A stretch of DNA of 64,000 bases, from positions 960,001 to 1,024,000 of the forward strand of contig OY970209.1 of assembly GCA_963713855.1 (NCBI GenBank), written 5' to 3'. The notes beneath the pieces are model-generated. The model worked only from the letters and a program-made list of their open reading frames with translations, had not been told where the DNA came from and made no database searches. The position numbers were made by a program, and so were the translations under genes. Positions 18,281 to 28,342 of this stretch are shown here, piece by piece; the stretch's first letter is position 1, and each line of letters begins with the position of its first letter. This DNA comes from an uncultured bacterium. GTDB taxonomy: Bacteria > Babelota > Babeliae > Babelales > Babelaceae.

Positions 18281-19246
18281 ATGGAGAAAAAAATGTGTAA
18301 AAACATACTATATATTTTGGCCATAAGTTTATGTTTTACCAACGTTCTTGTGTGCCCGGAATTAGGCGAAGAGTCTGAAGGAAGGCCTGAAGAAGCTGGC
18401 GGAGAAATTTCGCCAAGTGAGCCATTACCGCCTGTTCAGGGTGCGCCGGAGGCTCCTGTTGAAGAGGGTGCTCCAATAACGACTGGTGGTGTGGTTGGGG
18501 AACAGCCCGTCGCTCTACCGACCGGTGATGAGCAAGGACCAGTGTCTTCTGTGCCTTTAGAGGTATTTGAGCCAGAGCAGGCTGTTTTAAATCTTGGTAC
18601 TGTGACACCGGATGAGGCAGCGGCGACCTTTGCATCGATAGAAAAGAGTACTATTGAGCCTAAAACATTTCTACAAGTGATTAAGAACCTGCCAGCTATC
18701 CTAAAGCAAGGCTTAGATTTTGTTTCTCAGGGTCTTACGAGTAAGGCAAGCGAGATATTTTCAAGAATTTCGAAACTAATCTCGATTTTCTCAGAAAAAG
18801 TGTTAGACGATACTGATCTTGCTCAATCTGAGGTAATTGAAGCGGTTTCAGAAGTTACCAGTCCATACGATAGGCCTCCAACTGAGGCTGAGGATGCCAT
18901 CCTTGCTTTAGAAAAACTTCAGAGTCGGATGCGACGTATTAATCAGCTTTCAGAGCTTGGCCGACAATTTAACATCAGCTTTGAAAATGGTATGACGGCC
19001 CTTATTTTAGATGATGTGATTAATAACCAAGGGCCTGCTCAGCTTCAAAAGATCGTAAAAACTTTCGAAGATGAAATTGAAGCTAGACGCGCGGCTATCT
19101 CGCCTCAAGAAGCCCTGACTGACCCGGAGCTTAAAAGCCTGGAAGAGAAAATTGAGCAGACTCGTCGGTCATATAAACAATTCGATAATCGCATGAGAGC
19201 AATGAGATCCGTCATTACCGGAGGCAAGGTGAGATTTGCTACTTAA
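18281..19246 (+). CDS. Secreted hypothetical protein with Pro/Glu-rich N-terminus (paralogue 2)
   Basis: Shares ATFASIEK, RLSELG/QLSELG and ARRA.ISPQEALTDP.LKSL with 17261-18268. Confidence 0.85.
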   Translation: MEKKMCKNILYILAISLCFTNVLVCPELGEESEGRPEEAGGEISPSEPLPPVQGAPEAPVEEGAPITTGGVVGEQPVALPTGDEQGPVSSVPLEVFEPEQAVLNLGTVTPDEAAATFASIEKSTIEPKTFLQVIKNLPAILKQGLDFVSQGLTSKASEIFSRISKLISIFSEKVLDDTDLAQSEVIEAVSEVTSPYDRPPTEAEDAILALEKLQSRMRRINQLSELGRQFNISFENGMTALILDDVINNQGPAQLQKIVKTFEDEIEARRAAISPQEALTDPELKSLEEKIEQTRRSYKQFDNRMRAMRSVITGGKVRFAT

Positions 19247-19270
19247 GGGTGTCCGTCTGTAGACGCCCTT
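19245..19270. terminator. Hairpin between convergent genes
   Basis: AAGGGTGTC...GACGCCCTT. Confidence 0.55.
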
Positions 19271-19275
19271 CTCGT

Positions 19276-20754
19276 TTAAAAAGTACTTTTTCCATGCTCA
19301 CCCGAAGCTTTTTTGAATGGACAATCGATGTGTCCATCAAGCAGATGGGCAAAATCATGCTGTATAGATTCTAAGCACTCCTTAGAATTTCCCTCAAAGC
19401 GCATACTGAGCATTTCTTCAGTGTTAGAAGGTCTTACAAGCGCCCAACCCTGGGCAAAGTTTACACGTATACCATCCATAAGAAGCACTTCAGTATCCGG
19501 TTTTTCGGCTAGATTTTCTTTAAGCATCTTTAATACCGCATCTCGTTTTTCGTAAGGACAGTGTAAACGGTAAGTAGGCGAAGTCGCTCGTGTTGGAAAT
19601 ACCATTAAAAGTTCTTCAAGCGGTTTATGTGTCTCTTCGAGAAGTTCGATAAGTCGCAAAGCTGCATAAATACCATCATCGTACCCAAAATACCTGTCTT
19701 TAAACATAAAATGACAGCTAATCTCGCCGGCTAACAGCGCGTTATGTTTCTTCATAGCAGCTTTAATATGGGCATGACCCGTGCGCGACATTATCGGATT
19801 TCCGCCCCATTGAGTAATAAGGTCGATAAGTCCTGTGGAGGCTGCAACATCAAAAACGATTGAAGCGCCTGGATTTTTTTCGATGAGTGGTTTACTAAAA
19901 AGAGCTAAGAGCCTATCGCCCGCAATTAGAGTACCGCTCTTAGTGACAGGAGCCATCCTATCGCAATCTCCATCAAAAGCTATACCTAAAGCAGCGTTTC
20001 GAGTTGCAACTTCAGCTTTGAGGTCTTTCACGTACGCATCGACAGTTGGATCAGCGATATGATGCGGGTACGTGCCATCGACGTCTCCATAAAGAAGCCC
20101 CATATGTTTCCAGTCCATTTTTTCGATAAGCTGCGGAAGCACAGTTCCGGCTGCACCATTGCCGCAGTCAAAAATGACAGAGAGCTTACTTCCCTTTAAA
20201 TGGGAAAACTTGGAAGCAAGCCAATCAACATAGCTTGTTATTGCGTCAATTTCCACATATGAACCACCGGCTTTTAACTCTTTAAAAGCTCTTGAGGTGT
20301 ATATATTTTGAATCGTCTTAATTGATGGCCCAAACACGCATTCTGTACCCTGCATTATTTTAACGCCGTTATACTCTGCAGGGTTATGTGAGGCTGTAAT
20401 CATGAGGCCTGCATCGAGATTCATAGTGTTGAGCACAAAGTAGAGTACTGGCGTGGTACACGTTCCAATAAACGTGACGTCAAAACCCTGATCAATCAAA
20501 GCTTTACTTAAGGATTCTTTAAGGGCTTTAGAATGGGTACGTCCATCCATGCCAAGCGCAATTCTTTGTACCGGTTTTTCTTGAGTGCTAAAATAGGTGC
20601 CAATTGCACGGCCTAGCTCATAAAAGTCATCCGGATTAAAGTCGATACCGACCTTGCCTCTTAAGTCGTATTCTTTAAAAACGTGATCGTGTATACCACT
20701 TTCCAAGGTAAGGCCAAAAGAGCAGCCCAAAAGCAGCAGGCAGAGATGAATCAT
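19276..20754 (-). CDS. Phosphomannomutase/phosphoglucomutase (AlgC-like) with hydrophobic N-terminal extension
   Basis: YDLRG, TASHNP, DGDCDR, GEISCH, VRPSNTE. Confidence 0.95.
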   Translation of the reverse strand: MIHLCLLLLGCSFGLTLESGIHDHVFKEYDLRGKVGIDFNPDDFYELGRAIGTYFSTQEKPVQRIALGMDGRTHSKALKESLSKALIDQGFDVTFIGTCTTPVLYFVLNTMNLDAGLMITASHNPAEYNGVKIMQGTECVFGPSIKTIQNIYTSRAFKELKAGGSYVEIDAITSYVDWLASKFSHLKGSKLSVIFDCGNGAAGTVLPQLIEKMDWKHMGLLYGDVDGTYPHHIADPTVDAYVKDLKAEVATRNAALGIAFDGDCDRMAPVTKSGTLIAGDRLLALFSKPLIEKNPGASIVFDVAASTGLIDLITQWGGNPIMSRTGHAHIKAAMKKHNALLAGEISCHFMFKDRYFGYDDGIYAALRLIELLEETHKPLEELLMVFPTRATSPTYRLHCPYEKRDAVLKMLKENLAEKPDTEVLLMDGIRVNFAQGWALVRPSNTEEMLSMRFEGNSKECLESIQHDFAHLLDGHIDCPFKKASGEHGKSTF

Positions 20755-20788
20755 TAAAGCCCCTTTTTTGAATTAAGATTACCCTACT

Positions 20789-21001
20789 CTACCAACAGGC
20801 TGTCGAAAAAGGAAGCAGTGACGGATTTACTTTTTGAAGGAAGAAAAGAACGATAAGAATGAAAAAACTAAGCACTACGATGCTTCGAAGCGGTCTTTTG
20901 TCTGTCTGATAGAGAGCACCGAATAAGCTTTTAAAAAAGAGAATAGCGCACCCAATGCCTAAAAAAAGAACAGCGTAAAATGCTATCGGGCCCCAGTTCA
21001 T
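20789..21001 (-). CDS. Small membrane protein
   Basis: Two hydrophobic segments; co-oriented with the PMM gene. Confidence 0.6.
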   Translation of the reverse strand: MNWGPIAFYAVLFLGIGCAILFFKSLFGALYQTDKRPLRSIVVLSFFILIVLFFLQKVNPSLLPFSTACW

Positions 21002-21130
21002 ATATTCTCTTTCTTTTTTATTGTATCTACCATATCAGAAACTTTTTTGTAAGGTCAATCATGGGACTCAACTAAATTCGTTTTTCATGCTACAATGCTC
21101 TTATAGTCCTTCTACAAAGTGTTTTTCTGT

Positions 21131-22879
21131 ATGCTGTTTAAAGATGTTAGTGAAAGTTTTGATTGTATTGCAAAGACGTCATCTCGTCTAGAGATTACTC
21201 AGATTCTTGCAGTACTGTTGCGCAATGCACAACCTTTGGAAGCACGCATTATAAGTTATCTTGCACTGGGGCTTTTGCGTCCGCCCTATCAAAGCACTCA
21301 ATTTGGTATTGCTGCAAAAGGGATGCTTAAGATTTTAGCGACCGTTTTAGAAAAACCTTTAGAAGAGGTAGCAAAGCTTGCCCATGAGCTTGGCGATCTT
21401 GGTCTTGTGGTAGCTGGCGGTTCTTGGCACCACACTCGTGACTTATCAGTTACCGAGGTCTACGACCGACTGGCAGTCATTGAAACCACCACTGGAGCTG
21501 GGTCGCAGGAGGAAAAGTTACAGTTATTAAGCGCCCTTTTAAAAGAGGTAAGTCCAACGTCCGCAAGCCTTATTGTACGAATTATTCTAGGCACATTGCG
21601 ATTAGGTTTTTCCGATATGACGCTCATTGACTCTTTTTCGTGGATGATAGAGGGAGATAAATCTTTAAGAAAGCCTATTGAGCACGCGTATAACGTATGT
21701 GCTGATATTGGACTTATTGCCGAAAGATTACGTGAAGAAGGTAAATCGGCCCTTGGCGAAATCGGCATTGTTGTAGGTATTCCCATCCGACCAGCCTTAG
21801 CAGAGCGCTTACCAAATGCTCAGGCTATTATGGATAAACTGGGACCCAGCGTCGCACAACCAAAGCTGGATGGATTTCGGCTTCAGATACATGCAAAACG
21901 TAAAGAAGATAAGATGTACTTGTCGTTTTTTTCAAGAAACTTAATCGACATGTCCTTCATGTTTCCGGATCTCGTTAAAGCTTTTGAGCAATATCCTCTT
22001 GAATGCTTTATAGTTGAGGGGGAAGCAGTCGTCTATAACCCTTCAACGCAACGCTATCTTCCTTTTCAGGAAACGGTCAAACGAAAGCGCAAGCACGACA
22101 TTGAAACCGCAGTTGAGCACATGCCACTTCGCCTTTTTCTCTTTGATATACTTTACTGTAACGGAGAGTCGATGCTTGATAAACCTCACGAAGTGCGCAG
22201 GCAGACGATTATAAAGCTCTTTGCTCAACCTGATCACCCTGACAACGTGGCTGTTATTGAAGAACATGTTGTTGCTAGCACGAATGAGCTTTTAGACTAC
22301 TTTAATAGTAACGTTAAAGCTGGTTATGAAGGCATTATTGTAAAAAGACCTGATGCTGTATATCAGCCAGGTAAGCGCAATTTTAACTGGATAAAGCTCA
22401 AAAAAGGCCAAGAAGGCATAGTTGAAGATACGCTCGATACAGTCATTCTCGGATATTATTACGGTCGTGGTAAACGTTCTTCATTTGGTATAGGCGCTTT
22501 TCTTGTTGGTGTGTATAATCCAGAAGGCGACCGCTTTGAAACAATCGCAAAAGTGGGAACCGGACTTAAAGATGCGGACTGGATAGAGCTTAAAAAAAGG
22601 TGTGATGCTTTGGCTGTCAACCAAAAGCCAGCAAACGTTGATTGTGCGCCTGACCTTTATGCTGACATATGGGTAACACCTCAAATTGTCTGTATCGTAA
22701 AAGCTGATGAGATCACCCAGTCTCCGCTTCACACTGCTTCAAAGACTGCCCATGCTCAGGGTCTTGCACTTCGATTCCCACGGTTTATGGGCTATCGCTT
22801 TGATAAATCTGCGCTAGAGGCAACAACGGTGCATGAAGTAAAACGAATGTGGAATGACCAGTTTAGCCGAGGCGGCTAA
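21131..22879 (+). CDS. lig: ATP-dependent DNA ligase (full-length, archaeal/eukaryote-like architecture)
   Basis: N-terminal DNA-binding domain (SSRLE), KLDGFR adenylation motif, EGE, FDIL, EGIIVK, WIKLK, LRFPRF. Confidence 0.95.
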   Translation: MLFKDVSESFDCIAKTSSRLEITQILAVLLRNAQPLEARIISYLALGLLRPPYQSTQFGIAAKGMLKILATVLEKPLEEVAKLAHELGDLGLVVAGGSWHHTRDLSVTEVYDRLAVIETTTGAGSQEEKLQLLSALLKEVSPTSASLIVRIILGTLRLGFSDMTLIDSFSWMIEGDKSLRKPIEHAYNVCADIGLIAERLREEGKSALGEIGIVVGIPIRPALAERLPNAQAIMDKLGPSVAQPKLDGFRLQIHAKRKEDKMYLSFFSRNLIDMSFMFPDLVKAFEQYPLECFIVEGEAVVYNPSTQRYLPFQETVKRKRKHDIETAVEHMPLRLFLFDILYCNGESMLDKPHEVRRQTIIKLFAQPDHPDNVAVIEEHVVASTNELLDYFNSNVKAGYEGIIVKRPDAVYQPGKRNFNWIKLKKGQEGIVEDTLDTVILGYYYGRGKRSSFGIGAFLVGVYNPEGDRFETIAKVGTGLKDADWIELKKRCDALAVNQKPANVDCAPDLYADIWVTPQIVCIVKADEITQSPLHTASKTAHAQGLALRFPRFMGYRFDKSALEATTVHEVKRMWNDQFSRGG

Positions 22880-23647
22880 GACCTTTTTTAAGGCTTCTAT
22901 TAAACATGTACGTAAAAAAAAGAATACTTAAAGCCAAGTAAAAGAGTGTTAATAAAGCTCCTTTAAAAAGCAGATGCATGGGTAGTATGCCCGTAGTCAT
23001 TTGAATACGCATGCTTTCAAAAACGTATGCCATGGGAAAGAACTTAGCAACATTTTGAAGCCAGATGGGCAGCGCTTCAAGAGGGTAAAATACGGTACTG
23101 ATTGGTGCAAAAGACCACACTATTTGCCAAGCTAAAGATTCTAATCGGTGTCCTGCATAAATAATAAAGCCTGCACCCAAAAAACCGGTAGAACAGCCAA
23201 TAAGCGCAAATAGCACCCAGAAACCTGGAAGCGTCCAACCAAGATCAAATGGATTGACCTTAAAAAGGGCAAGCACTAAAAATGTGCTAAAGCTGAATGT
23301 TATCGTAGCTTTGATAAATCCGCTCAGCATAAGAGCGAGTACCCACTCGTATATTTTAATGGGCGAAGCAAAAAGATTAAGGAGGCTGTGGCCCCAAAGC
23401 TCTTCAAGCAAAGAGCTTGTTATTTCGACGCTTGTCCTTAAAATGATTTCCCAAAACACTAGTGCTGTCAAAATGAGACTCTGTGCGGAAGATGGTTGTA
23501 CCCATGTTCCAACAAGCCCCCATATGACAATGTCAATGAAGGGCCAGTAGAAGTTTCTGAAATACGAGTAATGTTACGCCGCTCGGCATAAAGGCTTCGA
23601 ATAAGAATTGCTTTAATCCTATACCAGCTTAATCCAGTTGCAAGCAT
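22863..23647 (-). CDS. ABC-2 type transporter permease (apparent frameshift near 23553)
   Basis: ATG 23647 MLATGLSWYRIKAIL shifts frame into FYWPFIDIVIWG...LLEELW...FYPLEALPIWLQ. Confidence 0.85.
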
Positions 23648-23648
23648 G

Positions 23649-24617
23649 CTATTTACTCCTTCCCTTTTTAGCTTGTTTTGTCAGAGAAAGGAAATAATCA
23701 TTGAGTGTTGGCTTTTGTATAGCAATTTCTGAATAATTAACTCCAGCCCGTGCAAGCCCAGTCAGAAGCGATGCAATTTTATTTTCATCCACCGTTATTT
23801 CAAGAAAACGCTCAACCGTTCTATGGGCCAGCTTATGCTCATTAAGGTAGGCTATGGCTTTAGAAAGATCGTCACCTACAACAAGTTGAACGTAGCTAGT
23901 TGATACTCGGGCAGCGAGTTTTTCTGGCTTATCGCTCGCTATGATTGTTCCTTGTTGTAAAACAAGAACACGATTACAAACATAAGCGACTTCATCCATA
24001 TTATGCGAAGTAAAAAGAACTGTTAATCCCTGCTCTCTTTGCTGTTTTAAAATGAATTGACGAACCTCGTGGGCAACGTCCGGATCTAAAGATGCTGTAG
24101 GTTCATCAAGCAATGCTATTTTAGGATAAGTCATAAACGCCTTAGTAAGCATGACGCGTGTTTTTTGACCTGCTGACAAGGCTCCCGCCTCTCTATCTTT
24201 TACGTGCCATAAATCAAAGATGGTAAGAAACTTTTTAATCCGTTCAAATAAGGAATGCGACGGGATACCATAAAGCTTTCCATGAACATAAAGGTTCTCA
24301 TAGACGGTTAATCGTGCAGGAAGGCTGACGTAAGTGCTTGCAAAAGCGACATGGTTCAAAATTTCTGATCTATACCTAAAAAAATCTTTTCCAAAATATT
24401 CTATTGATCCACTGGTGGGGGTAAGCGTGCTTAAAAGCATTTGTATGGTCGTTGTTTTGCCAGCACCATTTGGTCCCAAGAGCCCTAATATTTCACCCTC
24501 GCGCACTTTGAACGATATGTTGTTTACCGCAACAAAAGGCGCAGTTTCGCGAGAAAGAAACCATCCGGATGGATAATAAATTTTAGTGAGTCCGAAGACA
24601 CTTAGAACGGTATTCAT
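23649..24617 (-). CDS. ABC transporter ATP-binding protein
   Basis: GPNGAGKTT, LSAGQ, LLDEPT, SHNM. Confidence 0.95.
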   Translation of the reverse strand: MNTVLSVFGLTKIYYPSGWFLSRETAPFVAVNNISFKVREGEILGLLGPNGAGKTTTIQMLLSTLTPTSGSIEYFGKDFFRYRSEILNHVAFASTYVSLPARLTVYENLYVHGKLYGIPSHSLFERIKKFLTIFDLWHVKDREAGALSAGQKTRVMLTKAFMTYPKIALLDEPTASLDPDVAHEVRQFILKQQREQGLTVLFTSHNMDEVAYVCNRVLVLQQGTIIASDKPEKLAARVSTSYVQLVVGDDLSKAIAYLNEHKLAHRTVERFLEITVDENKIASLLTGLARAGVNYSEIAIQKPTLNDYFLSLTKQAKKGRSK

Positions 24618-25164
24618 AATGGAATAGGCTCTAGCAAGTGAATTTAGAAAGGTAGTTTTGTATAGTATAGCATAAATGGCTTTATAGTGCAAATAAACAT
24701 GGTTAGAAAAATACTTAACGTTTACTGGAGCATGTTTTCATTAATTTTAAGGGACATATATTGATTGGCAGGTATGCTTTGCTCAATTCTAATTTATTAA
24801 CTTGATTGAGTGCTACCTAAAGAATTTTTAACAGAAGATTTGTTGAAGAAAATTCTGCTGATTGTTAAAAATTTGGTCAGTGACTCAGTAAACCGGTTAA
24901 AGGACAACAAGTAGGCCTATGATCAAGCTGAGGCACTAATTGCCCGCGCTTGTCAAAATCGATGGTCTTCCTAAAATGAAACTTTAAAAAATGGTGTTAA
25001 TGCTGCCGAGTTGGAACCGATTTCTTTCTCGATTTTGCATTTAAAGTGTTTCGAGAGAGGCTTCTTTGCCACCAAAGTTAACGCTGCTGTTGGATGGGTG
25101 TGTAGTTCTGCTTGCGAGGCCATTAAAATGCTTTATGACAAAAGTCCGAGGGTTGGATATGTTG

Positions 25165-26511
25165 TTAGCTCGATACTATTTTTAGAGCCTCTTTCAGATT
25201 TTGATGTTGCGTGACTTTTGCGATGGCGTAAAGAGGATAGGAGTGAATTTTTTCGTGTTGAGAGTAATTGAGTGTTGAGAATCTTATACCATAACTAGAA
25301 TTAGGGTGGCTTTCTAAAAATAGGTTTATGCTTTTAAGTGTTCTTCCCATTCCACTTTTAACTTCGACCGGCACTATATTTTGGTCGAGCTGTATCAAAT
25401 AGTCAACTTCAGCTTGGCTGGATCGCGTTTTTCGATTCCAGAAAAATAGGTTATGCTTTCGGCTCGGGTGTGCATAAGCGATTATTTCTTGGCCTACGAA
25501 TGCTTCTATTAAAGAACCTTTATTTGCAAATTCATTGAGCGGATTTAAAAACCAACCGCTAATGTCAAAATCGAGTATTGACTGTGCGAGCCCCACATCT
25601 AGAAAAATAACTTTATAGTCTGAAGGATCTATTTGGGCTCCAAGAGGAATGCCATGACCTGCGCTGTGAAATATTTTGTGAGCGATACCAGCAATACTGA
25701 GTAGGTTAAGCGCTGGTGCCAGTTCTCGTTTTCTATATTCTCCCTCTATCGCGCTAAATCTAAACTTTGTTCCAAGCTGGATAGGTATTTGGTCGAAAAT
25801 TAATTCGACGTATTTTATTTGCAATTTCCGCGCATATTTCTCAAAGTCTTGGCGATAGGTATCGATTAGTGACGAATGAATCTTAGCGCATTGTAAAGGA
25901 TCTCTGATTTCTTGCCAACATTTTAGCACAGCGGGCATTCCACCAAACGCAAGGTATTCGCCTAAAAGATGAAGTAGTTTCTTGTGAATAACCTCGCTCA
26001 TAGTTTTATGAACATCGTGCATGATAACTTCTTCGATCAATAAATGCTCTTTGATAGCTGCCAAAAACTCAATGAAAGACAAGGGATACATATAGAGCGA
26101 ATCCACACGACCCACGGGAATGCCAACTTTTTCAATGGCAAAATCCATAAGCGAGCCGGCGGCAATAACATGTAACTCTGGCATCATTTCATAAAAATAA
26201 CGTAAGGAAAGTAATGCTTTTGGGGATGCTTGAACTTCGTCTAAAAACAACAGGGTCTTTCCGGGTGTAATAGGTTTTCGTGTAATTAAAGAAAGTTCAC
26301 GAATAATCCGTTCAGGATCCAGATCTTTCTCAAATACACCATGTACTTCTGGCAAAAATTCAAGGTTGACTTCAACAAATTCCAGAAACGTTGAACCTAA
26401 TTGCCGCGCAGCATGCGTTTTTCCTACCTGCCGTGCACCCCTAAGCAATAAAGGTTTTCTATAAGTATCACTTTTCCATTGAGTTAGGTAATAATCTATA
26501 AGACGCTTCAA
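25165..26511 (-). CDS. AAA+ ATPase with DUF4143 / PD-(D/E)xK-like C-terminus
   Basis: GARQVGKT, LFLDEVQ, GGMP, AEVDY...PVEVKSG. Confidence 0.9.
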   Translation of the reverse strand: MKRLIDYYLTQWKSDTYRKPLLLRGARQVGKTHAARQLGSTFLEFVEVNLEFLPEVHGVFEKDLDPERIIRELSLITRKPITPGKTLLFLDEVQASPKALLSLRYFYEMMPELHVIAAGSLMDFAIEKVGIPVGRVDSLYMYPLSFIEFLAAIKEHLLIEEVIMHDVHKTMSEVIHKKLLHLLGEYLAFGGMPAVLKCWQEIRDPLQCAKIHSSLIDTYRQDFEKYARKLQIKYVELIFDQIPIQLGTKFRFSAIEGEYRKRELAPALNLLSIAGIAHKIFHSAGHGIPLGAQIDPSDYKVIFLDVGLAQSILDFDISGWFLNPLNEFANKGSLIEAFVGQEIIAYAHPSRKHNLFFWNRKTRSSQAEVDYLIQLDQNIVPVEVKSGMGRTLKSINLFLESHPNSSYGIRFSTLNYSQHEKIHSYPLYAIAKVTQHQNLKEALKIVSS

Positions 26512-26522
26512 GTGAGCTCCTA

Positions 26523-26607
26523 TTTTGGTCGAAAATCAAAGATATAATCGCACATTTTTGGCTGAAAATCAAGGTTAAATTAGTAGGTTTTTGGTCAAAA
26601 ATCAAGG
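26523..26607. repeat. Three direct repeats TTTTGGYYRAAAATCAARG, 33-bp period
   Basis: Copies start at 26523, 26556 and 26589. Confidence 0.85.
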
Positions 26608-26655
26608 TTACCGTGAGAAGTTGAGATGCCATTGTTACGTATAACGTTATTTCTT

Positions 26656-26719
26656 GCAAAATGACATTTGAAATGTCATAATGAGACGCAAAATGACATT
26701 CGTATTGTCAAATTGAGGC
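26656..26719. repeat. Two 32-bp tandem repeats, each with a TGACA-N7-TGTCA palindrome
   Basis: GCAAAATGACATT at 26656 and 26688; palindromes at 26662-78 and 26694-710. Confidence 0.85.
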
Positions 26720-26723
26720 GAAA

Positions 26724-27899
26724 ATGGCTACAAAATATATAGAGCGCATGTTTAAAGAACCTGATAGAAGCTATTTTCTTTTTGGTCCTCGAGGCACTGG
26801 TAAATCGACCATGGTTGAACATCGTCATCCGGGAGCACTATTTATTGATTTGCGTATCCCTCAAGAACGCTTACGCTTTCTTTCAAATCCGGACCTTTTT
26901 ACTGGCCTTGTGTCCGCCCAGCCGAGTGGCCAGACAATAGTGGTTGATGAAATTCAAAAGGCGCCTGAACTATTATCTCTTGTTCATTTGTTGATTGAAA
27001 AAAAACGGCAATGGAAATTTATCCTTACGGGCTCGAGTGCACGGAAACTGAAAAGGCAGGGCATTGACCTTTTAGGTGGGCGAGCATTAAATAAGGTACT
27101 TAATCCCTTCATTGCAGCCGAACTTCAAGAACGATTTAACTTGGAAAGTGCTTTACGGTACGGGCTTTTGCCCTTGTCTTTTGAGCAAAAAGACCATGCA
27201 GAAATTCTCGAAGCTTATATAGCCCTATACATGGAAGAAGAGATACAGGCTGAAGGACTCATAAGAAATAGCGAGCCATTTGCTCGTTTTTTAAGCGTAA
27301 TGAGCTTTTCGCATGCTTCACTTCTTAATGTAACAAATATCTCGAGGGAATGCGGAGTCAAGCGGACAACAGTAAGCAGTTGGATTTCAATTTTGGAAGA
27401 TCTTCTTATTGGTTTTCAACTTTCCGTTTTTACCGAACGCGCAAAGCGTGAGTTGAGCGCACATCCCAAGTTTTATTTTTTTGATGCAGGAGTATATCGT
27501 TCTCTTCGTCCACATTCTCTTAAAGACACAAATGATGAATTAGATGGAGCAGCTTTAGAGGGCCTTGTGGCACAGCATCTTATGGCTTGGAATGATTATT
27601 CATCTCAGAAACATGCAATACATTTCTGGCGAACTCGCTCAGGAGTCGAAGTTGATTTTGTGGTCCTTGGTCCACTAGGATTTTGGGCAATAGAGGTCAA
27701 AAATTCTGATACCATACGTGTTTCAGATATTCGTCATCTTGAGTCTTTTAAAGAAGATTACCCTCAAGCGCGTGCATTAGTGCTTTATCGGGGCCATGAA
27801 CGCCTTCTGATTAAAAATGTTTTGTGCCTGCCCTGCACGGATTTTTTAAAACAGCTTGTTCCGGATACTGCTCTTGATACTGTTTTTAAAAGCCTTTAA
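26724..27899 (+). CDS. AAA_14 ATPase with DUF4143
   Basis: GPRGTGKS, VVDEIQK, LTGSSAR, KFYFFDAG, FWRT..GVEVDFV...AIEVK. Confidence 0.92.
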   Translation: MATKYIERMFKEPDRSYFLFGPRGTGKSTMVEHRHPGALFIDLRIPQERLRFLSNPDLFTGLVSAQPSGQTIVVDEIQKAPELLSLVHLLIEKKRQWKFILTGSSARKLKRQGIDLLGGRALNKVLNPFIAAELQERFNLESALRYGLLPLSFEQKDHAEILEAYIALYMEEEIQAEGLIRNSEPFARFLSVMSFSHASLLNVTNISRECGVKRTTVSSWISILEDLLIGFQLSVFTERAKRELSAHPKFYFFDAGVYRSLRPHSLKDTNDELDGAALEGLVAQHLMAWNDYSSQKHAIHFWRTRSGVEVDFVVLGPLGFWAIEVKNSDTIRVSDIRHLESFKEDYPQARALVLYRGHERLLIKNVLCLPCTDFLKQLVPDTALDTVFKSL

Positions 27900-28036
27900 C
27901 GAGTAAAAAAATCTTAAGCTCACCGATGAATGCAAGTATAACTCACAGTCTGTCTTAGAGGTAAAATCGCAATAATTGACAAATTAGCAATATTAGTGTA
28001 CGCTTAGAAATTAGTTATTATTCATAGGGATGCGCT

Positions 28037-28237
28037 ATGCATAAAAAATTATTTCGATCTGCAGTCAATAGAAAATTGTGTGGTATTTGTGGTGGTCTAG
28101 CCGAGTATTTCGACGTAGATCCTACGCTTATTCGCTTTGCCTTTGTTGGCCTTTTTTTCATATTTCCGCCGCTCATTTTTCTATACCTTGTGGGTTGTTT
28201 TATAATTCCTCTTTCAGATTACCACCATCTACCATGA
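28037..28237 (+). CDS. pspC: PspC domain protein
   Basis: KKLFRS...KLCGICGGLAEYFDVDPTLIR. Confidence 0.9.
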   Translation: MHKKLFRSAVNRKLCGICGGLAEYFDVDPTLIRFAFVGLFFIFPPLIFLYLVGCFIIPLSDYHHLP

Positions 28238-28342
28238 GTTTTGGCTGATAGAACGTATACACGTTATCTCTTGGGTTTGCAATTTTGATTAATTTTCGTT
28301 ATAGCGGTAGATACTATTTTATTTAAAACAACCAGTGGATTT

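Noticed and set aside
24700..25160. ORF 25011-25214 or gene remnant
   Set aside because: No SD or recognisable motif, and it overlaps the 3' end of the AAA gene.
26523..26719. Possible mini-CRISPR array
   Set aside because: Repeats are degenerate, the gaps are only ~14 nt, there are just 2-3 copies and no cas genes. An operator-like array fits better.
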